The notes under the pieces: model-generated
Database searches by the model: none
What the model was told of the DNA's origin: nothing
The model's input: only the letters and a program-made list of their open reading frames with translations
Shown: positions 1-12,039 of the stretch, piece by piece
Layout of the letters: each line of letters starts with the position of its first letter
Numbering within the stretch: position 1 is the first letter of the stretch
From: Callorhinchus milii
Lineage: Eukaryota
DNA length: 64,000 nucleotides
Assembly (NCBI RefSeq): GCF_018977255.1
Contig: NW_024704742.1
Location: 3,102,001-3,166,000, forward strand
Direction: 5' to 3'
Made by a program: the position numbers and the translations under genes

Positions 1-185
1 TGTCAGGAGAAGAGAAGCTTGAAAGGCAATCTGATAACGTTCACAATTACAATTACAATTAAAAATGAGTTTTAATATAGTAAAATAGGAAGAACTATTT
101 CCTTTGTCAGTTAATTAGCAATGAAGGCAGATTAATTATTATCATGAAGCCCCATTCCTGTTCAGGTTCAGAAAAATATCTTTTT

Positions 186-435
186 CAGGTGGACGTTTAA
201 GGTCCCATTATGCGAAACAAGGGAAGGGAGTTTCTCCCAGTGCCCTGGAAAAATAAATATCCCAAATAAAATTTACTGCATGGTTGTCTGTGGATCATTA
301 TTTGTGCACAAATTGGCTGCCATGTTCACCCACAAAAACATACATTCACTACACTTTACAATATATCCCGTGAAGCGCTTTCAGATATCCTCCTGACATG
401 CAACGCGCTGTACCAAATGCAAGGATTATTATTAT
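186..435 (+). mobile_element. SacSINE1-like DeuSINE, 3' portion
   Basis: caggtggacgtttaaggtccca...aaattggctgcc...gtgaagcgctttcagatatcctcctgacatg...aaatgcaaggattattatt; colinear with the fuller copy at 5953-6360. Confidence 0.8.
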
Positions 436-500
436 TTTTTTACTCAGAACCAAAACATTAAGAAAAAATATGGCCACACTTGTCATGATTTTAAGGACTT

Positions 501-1045
501 GTGGGGAGAAATTCCACCTGTGTCCAGATTTACTCTATAAATGGAGCGTTGCAGAGTGTCCAGAATTTAGAAACTTGTTCAATGCAGTCTTGATTTTATG
601 AGAATGATTCCAGGAATGAAGGGTCACAGTCGTGAGGAGAGACTCGAGAAGCTGGGCCTGTTTTCATTGGAGCAGCGAAAGTTGAGGTCCACAAAATCAT
701 GAGGGTTTTTTTAAGAGTAAATAGGGAGAAGTTATTTCCACTGATAGGAGAATCAGTAAGAAGGTCACCTAGGTATAAGATAGCCACAAGAAGAGTCGAG
801 AGGGAACTTAGGAGGGTCGGGCTTTGGAACGCCTTGCTGAGTAAGGTGGTGGAGCTGGATTTCATTGGAGCCTTCAAGAGGGACGGGAAAAGGCATATGG
901 AAGAGGCGGCTTGAAGGAGTATGGGGATGAGATACTCGGATGGAAGCAATACCCTCGCTCTGTCGAACGGCACAGGCTCGAATGGCCGAACGGCCTCCTT
1001 CTACACTGTAGATTTCGATGTTTCCAAGTCAGTTTTCTATAATTC
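501..1045. mobile_element. MITE-like DNA element split by a CR1 insertion
   Basis: 552-600 joined to 1025-1042 aligns continuously with 55461-55524; its end gtggggagaaat matches the reverse complement of 55596-55607. Confidence 0.55.
601..1024 (+). mobile_element. CR1 LINE, 5'-truncated 3' fragment
   Basis: Translates RMIPGMKGHSREERLEKLGLFSLEQRKLR (CR1 ORF2 C-terminus); 3' UTR ggctcgaatggccgaacggcctccttc. Confidence 0.9.
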
Positions 1046-3714
1046 TTTTAAGAACTTGCCCCCCTCCCAATCCCCTTTCAAAACCTAAATCAAAAATTAT
1101 CTGTTTAACTGGGCTTTCAGTCATCTTTCTGTATTTCATCTTTCTCAGATACCCCGCTAGCTGTGCAAAGCACCCTTGAAACATCCTGCCCGTGTGAAAG
1201 GCAATATATAAATGCAAATCATATTGTACTGAAGACAAGCGTAAAAATTAAGGCTGTATTTAAGAATTTGCCAAATTCTGGACGCTACGGGTTGCCACAA
1301 AAATTCAAAATGCTAATCCGTGCATTTGATGCGCTCTTAACTTTCAAGTTGATGTCCTGTTTTTCTTTTAAGACTTATCCCTTACCTCCCGATTTGCAAA
1401 GTCCACTTCAAGGCTGTCCTCTTTAATCGCCCTTTCAGTCTATCCTTCGCCACCCCCCCGCTTGGGCCTTGAAACCACAACCTTCTTCAATTGGAAGTGA
1501 GATCTACGAACTGCGCTAAGAGGAAGTTTCAGCCCTTTGGTGACAACTGCCATCACTTGCTAATGGCTTAACTTATACAGCATGTGGATTTGACCCTCAG
1601 TTCAAGGTCTAGGACAGAGGACATAAACAGCAGTTCCATTTGAGCAAATAACTGAGAAATGAGGATGAAAATAAATGCAAAGAATGCTGGAAATCGAAAC
1701 CCAAGCTAAAAAATGTTCGCAATCAGCTGTATGTCACGAGTAAAGAAAAATGAATATCTCAGATCAGAGCCGTTCAATTTTTGAATCACACTTACGCCCA
1801 CGTTAATTAATTGTCAAAATAAACTTTTTTTACAATTGAGTTTTCAAACCAAAGCATAGATATGTATCTGTACCTGTTACGCTGAACTGAACAAATTCAG
1901 CTATAAATTCTTCAGGCATTTTTTTTCTCAGATAATACACTTCAATACATTTGTGCACTAGATGGTGTTTTGTGAAGCTTGTTTTATATCATTTATGTAG
2001 AAAGTATTTGTTTCTCATGCTGGATGTTTTTAAAAAACAGCCAAAACATTTGCAGCTGAAGACATCAGGTGTGTAGCGATAGATTGCACAATACAACCTA
2101 ATTTACATTTATAAAAGCAAGTTTCATGTCAAGGAGGATCTCTCAAAGAGCTTCTCAGTGCTAGGCGGACATCCGAGCTGGGCGTGGGAAGGGGAAAGTA
2201 GACTGAAATTGCAGTTAAAGAATCACTTTTTGATATGTGCCTTAAAATATACCTTGTGTGAAATCATATCAAATGTAATTCTCTATTAAGGATGTGTTGA
2301 ATTCTGCTATGGAAGCAGTTATCTACATTACAAAAACTCAGCAACGTATTCCCAGGTCTCCTCAATCCACGTCTCACCATTTGTTGAACAGTTGATATGG
2401 TAACAGACGTGATTATGTTTTATGTGTTTTATGTCAGACTTGACTGACCAAATATGATTTTCCAGTAACACGGTATAGATTTATCCATGTTTCAACAGCC
2501 GTGCAAATTCACTGAAATCAACAGTAGAAACGTTCCGTAAAAATGAGCCATAAAAATACATAAGCTCAACGGTCAGTTCCGTGCTTTGTTAACGCTGGAG
2601 CTGAAGATCTGAAAGGTATACTGTCGAGGTTTAATCTGACAGAGACTCGACTGTAATGCAGGAAGCTCTGCAACGAGCAAACAGCGGAATGGGACTGTGT
2701 GTCAAAACTGCTGCGACTGGGAAATGTGACCTAGCCATTATTGGCAGGGAAAACAGGATGACATATGATGTGGAAAATGGAGTCAATGCGCTGGGACTGT
2801 ACTGACTGCATTAGATTACAAGACAAAATTAGATATCGATAGAGCTCTATCTAGGGATCAATGCATTTTTTTGATGATTGATACCTAGGCACTTTTTAAC
2901 AATGTCCATTTATACAATTCAATAACACAGTAGATGCAGAAGAGAAATACAGCAGAGGACAGATAACTGCAATGACATAGGCATGGGGATGAAGGAATGA
3001 AATCATATTCCTTTATTACTCATTTCCTATCCACATAAAACATCTCAAAACTGATAACTGATTTAACTAAAACGTTCCTCATAAAGACACATTCCCATTA
3101 CTTATGTTATTAAAATGTTCTCGTGGAAATGAAATCAGACGACACGACAGGATGTTCCCGTTGTAGAAACTTCATCATTGCTAATTTAATTATATTGCAA
3201 ATCTATTGGCACTTCCACAATTACCATGTACAAAATGAATTTTGCCCGCATTAACTGAGTTTCCATATTTTCATGTCAAATGAACTCTGTGAGCTTTATA
3301 GTTGTAGGAGTTCTGTGGCATACCGAGTACTGACACATCTCAAGCACTTTCAGGCGTCTCAACAATGTGATAAGGCACTATATCAAATGCAAGGATTATT
3401 ATTATTATTATTATTATTGACTGCGGAGGCAGGCAGAAGCTTTAGGTAGGTAATATGTCAACAGAAAGACACATATTAATGTAAACCAAAATACTTTACT
3501 CATTAATATGATTTTTAATAACCAAAGTGATGACACAGTATATTGGAGTACCAATTTGTAGTACTTCTGAATGCTTAAATCTCCGTGGCCCGAGTCTGTT
3601 TCTCTCACAGTGTGAGCAAATATACCACTTTCCCTTCATTTCTTCTCACAAATGTTCTTGACCCTTAACCACCCTTTTCATATGAGACGTCAAATTACAT
3701 TGAGCCATTTCAGT

Positions 3715-3930
3715 GCATCTATTGCTCGGTTGATGACAGAAGGATCAGAAGGTTATGGGTTCAAGTCCTGTGGGACTTGGAGCTCACAGTCTAGGCGGGC
3801 ACTGGAGGAACACTGTATTGTCAGAGATGCTATCCTTCAGGTGAGATATTTAAGTTATTTCTGCCTGTCTGGGTAAACAATCACTCAACACCATTTGTAC
3901 GTTTCTCCCTTCCCAGTGTCTTGGCCATTA
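3715..3930 (+). mobile_element. SacSINE1-like SINE, degraded 5' part
   Basis: tcagaaggttatgggttcaagtcc (B-box) followed by body resembling the 5953 copy. Confidence 0.65.
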
Positions 3931-5952
3931 ATTCACCAGGTGAAGCAGAAACTCACTGATTCTGCACAGCATGGCAGGGGCATTTACCTTCAAAAGCAGT
4001 CGCTGTACTGGATAGCAGTTAAGCATGTTTGAGTCTTTTAACATTATAGGCATAACATCAGTGCAAGGCTCATTTATCTTAACAATCTCATACTGATTGA
4101 TTGGGCCTGGTTCTTTCTGATTCATAATCAGTGTAACCAAGCACACAAACACACGCAAGGATTATTATGTTCATATTCATGTTGCCTGCCCCAACGTTGA
4201 TAGGCAATCTTTCAGCCATTCCACCCCCACTGTCCATAACTCCATCCCAGGGTCCTGCATGAGAAATGACCAAAAGTGAGGCTTTGAAAATGGGGGGGGG
4301 GCGAGGAATTCGCATGAAGTGTGCTGTATAAGTGCAAGTTGCTGTTGATGTCCCACGCAATCAGCCTTTGCCCTTCACCCTGGTTTCTTAACGGAAGACA
4401 ATTGCCGCGAATGTGTTATGTAATGAGATCTATTAGGTGACAGAGCACATCAGATTCGCAGCGTGATGGGATGTACTCATAAAGCCTGCATCGCTGACTG
4501 CTTACTACCAGCCGAGCTACAGCCTGTGGGGTAATAATTAGCAGACACCAGACATTTCCCCACAGAAGGGAAACTCAATCCCAAGCCATTCTGCTCACCC
4601 TTTATTAAACTACAATTGTGTTTACCTACTTGACTGTTAACGCTGTATTTCTAACTCAGACGGTTTGTGAATAAAACAACTTCCTTGGTGCTTTCATTAT
4701 TTTATCAATATTGTGATATTTAATTCCACTAATATTTAGTCCAAAAATGTTATCATAAAAATTTGATGTTAGGATATTGCTCATCTCGAGACAAATCTTT
4801 GGCAATTAGATGATAAAATAAATTCAGTGGAATGATGTCCCAGCAGGCAGCCCATTAACTCAAAGTGTTAAGAAATGCACATACATAATACCACATTGGT
4901 ACCTGAGGTTTTTAGAGCAGAGTTAAATATTGGGGCCTGAGGCTGAAACTTCTGGAGCAAGAGGCAGAAAAAGGCAAAACGAAACATGAAAAAAAGATAA
5001 AAGGAAGAACTAACAGCTGAAGAATATGTTACTATTGTATTAAACGCCCGTTTAAAGAGGGGTTTTTTTTCCCCCAAAAGAGGTGCAACGGGGTAAACAG
5101 AGCAAAAATTGGCTATTTGTTCATATACTGGAACATGTATTCCATTCCAACATTGGAATTGTTTGAGAATGGACATGACCACTTCAGAGTCAAATTACTA
5201 GAGTGGAAACATATCATCTTCTCTCCCCTCCGACTTGGCCCTTTTCACTCCCGCCCGAGTAAAGATAGTGAAAGGCTGTTAGTCGAGTACCTCCTGCAAA
5301 TGTGACTCTGATCAAAATGTACAGAGATTAACATTCAAGGCTTAGGAAAATGATTGAATGCGGACGCTACGAGTGGATAAAGTAAAGGAATATTGCTGCT
5401 TGCCAACATTTGTTGGATTTGACGGTATTAAATATTGAACAAGGTTTTGGGGAGGCGAGCCAAAAGAGGAATTGTAATTGGACAAGAATCGCATACCTGA
5501 TTGCTTTTTTTGTGTTTATTGGCCCTTTACAGATTTGAGAATAAGGTTTGACCTCTTTCCCACTCAGGGATTCAATTAACTGCTCTGCAACAAGACTTCC
5601 TATTTGGACGAATGATTGACAGCTCCAGAGTATCAGTTCTGGCTCTCAATCGTTCCGTAAAGACCTCTGCCAGTGGGGAACACAAATTTACGTATTTAAT
5701 ATTCTCAACGCAGCGCTATTATTTTAAAAATTAGGAGGAAGAAATCGCATCTCAAATAATGGTATTTTTTTTTAAAAAAAGGTTTGAATTCACAATCCTA
5801 CTTTCTGAGGGGTCAGATAACTCAGTAATTGGATGGGAAGTTCTTCTCCTCTAAATTAAGAGGAATTTGGTGCAGACCAGTGGAAGACATGACTCTGCTG
5901 AGCAAATAGTTTCTTAGCACCCCAGATTGAAGCTGTTATCTCGCAACGTGTG

Positions 5953-6360
5953 TCGGCCTGGCTCAGTTGCTAGCACTCTCGCCTCTTAGTCAGAAGGTCG
6001 TGGGTTCAAGCCCACGTCAGGGGCTTGGAATTCTTAATACTCAAGGCTGACACTCCAATGCAGGGCTGGGGGTGCGTTGCATGGTTGGAGATGGTAAACC
6101 AAGGACACATCTGCCTGCCAAGATGGACGTTAAAGTTCCATGGCACTATTCGAAAAGACAAAGGAGTTTCTCCTGGTGTCCTGGGCCGAAAGTCCACCAA
6201 TAAAATGGGTCATTCATTTCATGGCTGTTTATGGGACAATTGCTGAATGCAAACTGGCTGCTCCACAAATAATCATTTGCCCCACTTTACATCAAATATT
6301 ACAAAGTGTTTTGAGGCATCCTCCCAACATGAAAGGCGCTATACCAAATGAAATGTATTT
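5953..6360 (+). mobile_element. SacSINE1-like DeuSINE, near full length
   Basis: A-box tggctcagttgc, B-box ggttcaagccc, Deu-like segment ggctgtttatgggacaattgctg...aaactggctgc, L2-type tail gaaaggcgctatacc. Confidence 0.85.
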
Positions 6361-6476
6361 CATTACAATTATTTCCACCAGTCAAGTGCTTTGAGAAGTA
6401 ATTTTGTGTGAAAGGTGCTGTATAATTAAGTGCAAATTGTTGTTCTATTACAACTTGAAAATGGACGTAATGCATA

Positions 6477-7400
6477 AACAACAACAACAAGATTACATGT
6501 GTAAAGCGCCTTTCACGTCGGGAGGACGTCCCAAGGCGCTGGATAGAGTACAGCATTTCAGACCCGAGCTGGGGTCGGGGGGGAGGGTGGAGAAGGGAGG
6601 GGAGGGGAAGGGGAGTGGCCGATGACTTGGTCAAAGAGGAGGGTCTTGAGGTGGGACTTGAAAGAGGCTAAGCAGGGGGCGAGGCGGAGTGACTGGGGGA
6701 TGGAATTCCAGAGGTTGGGGGCAGAGTGGCTGAAGGTTCTCCCGCCAATGGTTGGGCGAGTGGGTCGGGGGACGTGGAGCAGCCAGAGCCGGCTGAGCGG
6801 ACGAAGCGGGCGGGTTGGTAGGGTTTAGGAGGTCGCAGAGGTAGAGTGGGGCGAAGGTCATGGAGGGTTTTGTAGGTGAGGGCCAATATCTTGAATTGGA
6901 TCCTCTGAAGGATAGGGAGCCAATGGAGTCGGGCGAGAGTGGGGGAGATGGGGTCACGGAGTTTGGTGCGGGAGAGGACACGGGCGGCAGAGTTCTGGAT
7001 TATCTGCAGTCTGTGGAGGGAGGAGTCGGGAAGGCCGACAAGCAGGGGGTTTGCATAGTCGAGTCTGGAGGTGATGAAGGCACGAACAAGAGTTTCAGCG
7101 CCTGAGGGGTGAGGTAGTGGCGGAGTCGGACGATGTTACAGAGGTGAGAGAAGGCAGAGCGGGCCATGGCTTGGAAGTGGCGGAGAAAAGACAGTTGAGG
7201 GTCGAACAAGACAGCTGGGTTCCTGTCTGGCTGGTGAGTTGGTGAGTTGTAGTGAGCAACCATGGAGGTTGATGCTGCCGGAGCCTGAGGTGCTGAGGCG
7301 CTGGCGTGAGCCAATCAGGAGGACCTCAGTCTTGTTCACGTTCAAGTGTAGGAGATTTGCCCTCATCCAGGACTTGGTGTCCTACAGGCAGTATGTCAGG
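6477..7400 (-). mobile_element. L2 LINE, 5'-truncated, about 920 bp
   Basis: Minus frames KSWMRANLLHLNVNKTEVLLIGSRQRL and HLCNIVRLRHYLT; 3' stem-loop and (GTT)n tail; frameshifted. Confidence 0.92.
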
Positions 7401-9318
7401 AAAAAGGAAAAAGAGTAATTACGTCAATAAGTAAATCTAAATCACTCTAGAAATATTCCTGCTTCCCTCACAACCTTGACCTCCCCCATTGGTAAAGCCG
7501 TTGTCTAGTGTGAGACTGAGCCTCTTAGATCTATGATCAGACCTGGGACCTTCCTGCGTCGAGATAGCCGAAGTGGTGTTGTTTTGGTTTGAGTGACCAA
7601 ATTATTATTATTATTATTTTTACAACGATTTCAAGTTACTGGCTGAGGCCTGACGATGAACTTTGAAGAGCAAAAGAGGCTTTGGCAACTTAGCCGTGTT
7701 GCTGGACTGTAAAATAAACGTGTCAAGAGTTTGATTTGGAGTAAAATTTAATTTACTTTTGAATTTCCGCGTAGGTGGATTCCACATTATTCTGTTAGAA
7801 TCACGCAGAACACTTATCAACTACTATTGATAGAACAGAGAAAGTCAGTCTTATATAACCATGCAATTTCCAAATTACTTCCAATTTACTCCGAATATAG
7901 AATTCTCAATTTACACATAATACTCGAACACACAATACAGTCAAGCATGAAAGCTTCCCAAATGATTGGACCAGATCTAGTCAATCCATTGCCGGGTTTT
8001 ACCCGGAGACAGCAATAAAGATCGAGACACACTTTTGTATTAAAATATATGTTTCTGTTGAATGTTGCTGCTTAGAACTGCTAAATGAGAGATTAAATGG
8101 GCTGCAGTTTTAAAGAAAAGCTTTGCAAACAAAGTCTTTCAGGCGCTGTTCTTGAAATCCTAATCCGAGTCTAAAACTTCATGGTGGACTAGATGTGTGT
8201 TTATCAGTGTTCAATTGTTGCAGCGTAAGCAGCTTTTGCTCATACGGATCAGTGTAAAGAGGCGATACAGCCTGTGATTACTAAATAGAGGAACTAAATG
8301 TTTCGGGCCAACCTTTTACGTGTTTGTAATTAGAATTTTGCCGAGTGATTCGTCATTCAGTTATTTCAACCAAAATATGCCTTGCTTTACGATAAACGGG
8401 AGTGCAATAGCAAAGCAGCTAAAACTGTGTATAAATAGTGAACAAACTAAATTTCTGAAGGATCCGGTGACTGGAAGGATGTCCGTCGGTTAGGTTGAGA
8501 GCAAAACGGGTAGCATTTGGGACTGGAAAATGGCATTTTACAGAATATTAACATTTTGTGCTCATTTAGTTTTACAGCTTTCCACGAAACGAGAACAATG
8601 CATGTGCAGCACAGAGGGAGAAAGTAAAGTAAAACACGTATGTAGATCAAAGGATTGTGTCTTAAATTTCAGCTACATTAACTTACAATTGCCTCTGAGT
8701 TACATTATGAGCGTGTTTTATCAGGGATGATCTGAGCATATGTCTAGACCATCTTTATTAGATATTATTACCAAAATGCCATGGTTTCATATTACAGTTT
8801 CCAGCAGAGCTTATAATGGTCCCAGTCAGGGTCAGGGACTGAGAACATTACCACCTCTGCTGGAGACGCTCAAAGGCAACATAATTAAATAAAATTATAA
8901 ATTAAACACCAACGTAATTAAACAATTTTTTTTTTACAATTTCATCTGGTCCCTTTATTCCTAATCTTCTTCATAAATCACATTAACTCTTCGGCTGTTA
9001 CGGCATTTAAAACCTACAGCTGATCTCCGATCATAAACTCCAGTGCAGCAATGTGGGCATTTGATGTCTAATGATGTCTTTGAAATGACCAAATGAAACC
9101 CAGCAGGTTCCTAAATACTCTCTGAAGGCCCTTATTCGATGCGAATGTTATGGGTTTAGGATGGTGGTTCTAAAGAATGTTTTTCATCCATCAACAGTAA
9201 AATTCACGGATCATGTAAATTATGTTTCGCTGCAAATGCATTGCCTTAAATGCAAGCACGTCCCCTTTCCTCTTGACCTGCTATATTTGTACAGTATTTA
9301 CAATATATGAGCGGGCAT

Positions 9319-9408
9319 TACAATCTGTACGGCAATTACAATCTGCACTATGATCATAATCTACACAGTGAATACAATCTGCGCGGTGATTGCATTCTGC
9401 ACACTCTC
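9319..9408. repeat. Degenerate 18-bp minisatellite, about 5 units
   Basis: tacaatctgtacggcaat / tacaatctgcactatgat / cataatctacacagtgaa / tacaatctgcgcggtgat / tgcattctgcacactctc. Confidence 0.8.
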
Positions 9409-9809
9409 AGGCCTTCGAGTCGACTGCAATTTAGCACTATAGAAATTTACAGCGCAGACAAAGGCCATTCAGTCCGTTGTATCTGCGCCAGACGATTATA
9501 AGACAATCTCCAATTGAAATGGACAATGTAAGGCTGTACACACTCCTACGAATCTGGTATAAAATTCACTCTCAGGACCTGTCCAGATAAATCTCACATT
9601 GCAGCTGCACCATAGATGGGGATAACACTTGCAGTGTCTATTCTCAACACCCACCTCCCCACCACAGCCTACAGTTTGAGCTCCATCTTGGTTGAATCGA
9701 TAGCTGGTCGATGCCAAGCAGAGCAAGGCAACATTGCCCTTAAACGTATGGGAAAATCAACAAGCAGTTTACCACGCTGTTTATTCACAACTCTTGCCCA
9801 CAACTCTGT

Positions 9810-10115
9810 CCTCTGGATGAGACGTTAAACTGAAGCCCTGTCTCCCTGCCCAGGTGGACGTTAATAATCCCACGGGCACTTTTCGAAAAGCAAAGAGAGT
9901 GTATCCCAGTGTCCTGACCTACAACATCCCCAGATAAAATTGGTCATTCACGTCATGGCTGTTCGAGGGATGTTGCTGTGTCTAAATTGGCTGTCGCATT
10001 GGTTAACCAAATACACAGCCACGATACGTTACAGTAAATCTTGTGAAGCACTTTGAGACTCAATGGCATGATAAGGCACTATATCAGATGAGAGGATTAT
10101 TATTATTAATATTAT
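9810..10115 (+). mobile_element. SacSINE1-like SINE, 5'-truncated
   Basis: ggatgagacgttaaac...caggtggacgttaa...aaattggctgtcgc...gataaggcactatatc...gattattatt. Confidence 0.82.
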
Positions 10116-10916
10116 TTACCATTGTTACAGTGCGGCTTGGTGGTGCACTCCCTGTTACAATAGAAACTTAAAAGAAGCCGGAGAAATGTATGAAAGATGT
10201 GCGTATAAACCTAGCGGTAGCCAAAAACAAATAAATCATATCTCCGTCTGATTGCTCATAAAATTAAACAGCCAAAGCAGACTAATCTATTTAATGGTAC
10301 TTGGATACTTAGCGGTAAATGCCTGAGAGAATGGGCGGGCAGCAGTGTGTAGAATTTAAGTGTCAATAAATATGAATTCATATCTTTACAGCTTTCTCAT
10401 ATGTGCCAGATAAACATAATTGCGTACGCATCTCAGCTGTCCTGTTCTCCATCTTAATTCCCGGTGGGCGCATTCGAAACTGAATCTGGCCGCCATCTAG
10501 AGCAAATTTATATCCAGAACACCGCCAGATCCCTGAATAACCCTGGCTTTAAACTTTACCCAAATTCGGGGTAAATGTGGTACTGTGACCCGATGTTATC
10601 CGTACAGAGAGGATCTACCTCCTCATTGCCTGGACCTTCTACAAAAACAAGGTTCTAACCTGCTTCCAGTGGAGGTCCCAGCCAGTCAGCACCTACCTGA
10701 CCAGCGGCATCATTTGGAGGATTAATAAGGGAAACCTCACAGAAAAAATTCTTGAGGGACTGCAAGGTTCCGGGTACAAAACATACTTTTCCAAGATCCA
10801 AGGATAATAACAATTAGGATAGTTATTTATTTCCACACCTCTCCTCTTTGCTTTCAGAGTGCTTCTGTGTTCTGCCATTACGCGCAGCGGTGTATGTGTA
10901 GATGTGCTTGGATTCT

Positions 10917-11245
10917 GGGGTCCTGTAGCTCAGTGGTTAGAGCACTCGCCTTGCAAGCGAGACACCCGGGTTCAGTTCCAGGAAGGGCGAAACCTTGGCA
11001 AGTTTCCTTACCCCACACGTCTAATAATAATCCCTCCAAAACAAAACAATAATAAATTGGTCATTTTCAATCCACGACTGTTTGTGGGGACGCTGCTGCG
11101 CGCAATTGGCTGCCGCGTTCGCCCACAAATATACGGTCAATTCACTTTACAGTCTATTCTGTGAAGCGCTTTGAGACGTCGAGAAGACGTGAAAAGCACT
11201 ATATCAAGTGCAAGGATTATTATTATTATTATTATTATCATTATT
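10917..11245 (+). mobile_element. Young tRNA-derived SINE, short subfamily A, full length
   Basis: tRNA-Ala-like head gtcctgtagctcagtggttagagcactcgccttgcaagcgag, partial Deu segment, L2-type tail, (ATT)n. Confidence 0.95.
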
Positions 11246-11718
11246 CCGGCCTCAGTTCTGAATCCAGCATTACCTCCGACAACATTGGTGATTTCAGGAT
11301 GTTCATGTCATCTCAAGCGTAGCGTTGCTGGAGGCCAGGAAGCAGCAATCACCTTTTTAGGGCAGGCCAGGGCTTCCAAAAGGAAAGGGAAATTAGCTTC
11401 GCTTTTTTTTTAAAAAAATCTTTCTTTTTATACTTTAAACAGTCAAAAAAAAAAACTCGTAGCGTTCCAGCTCCAACCAAGCAGATTCCGGAAGGCAGAG
11501 GATTTTTCTGTCCTCAAAAAAAGGTTATTTGGCGTTAAGCACAAAAGGATCACAAAATCTAAACTTTTGACAATTAGCACCAGTGATAGTTATCATCACA
11601 CGCCGAGGATTATTATAAAATCGAATGGTTATAAACGCCACAATTTTACCTCTCAAACCTTTTAACTTGGGCTCGTGACATGTGTCAGTGCACTGAGATT
11701 GGAGTTGACTTCTGGTAC

Positions 11719-12039
11719 CTGGATTTGATGGTATCTGGATGCCCATTCTCTTCTCCTATTACACCATGAGACTGCACCATTTTTTTTCCCTCTCCTTCTG
11801 AACTGCGAGAACAATTCTGGCCACTGATAGTTTAGCGAGCGACTGGCACAGGGACACAGGTAAACGCAGTCGTAGACTGACAGTGCGTCGAAGAAAACGA
11901 ATGACAAACACAGTGTGAGAGAGAAAGAAGAGAGACTGCTCAGACTGCAGCAGACCCACTGAGAAATGTGTTTTTTTTTATTTGTTGCATTTCTGTTTCT
12001 CCGAACTTGACTCGCACAATGATCTTCAACATCAATAAC
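11719..12039 (-). other. Candidate exon of an unidentified minus-strand gene (5' UTR plus possible start MVQSHGVIGEENGHPDTIKS)
   Basis: Acceptor ttttttattccgcag| at 12040, aaaATGG start context at 11780, donor CAG|gtacca at 11719, repeat-free CpG-retaining context; peptide not recognised. Confidence 0.3.

Noticed and set aside
2838..2851. Perfect 14-bp palindrome gatagagctctatc
   Set aside because: A few palindromes of this length are expected by chance in 64 kb; no supporting context.
7637..7706. Possible downstream minus-strand exon (also about 8447-8522 and an 18-nt segment near 4506-4523)
   Set aside because: Acceptors are plausible, but the peptides are unrecognisable, donors are weak or absent, and one frame ends in a stop; consistent with chance.
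10917..10992. tRNA-Ala gene (also heads near 14940, 40575 and 58882)
   Set aside because: Each continues directly into a SINE body and tail, and the T-stem and acceptor stem are imperfect; these are SINE heads.
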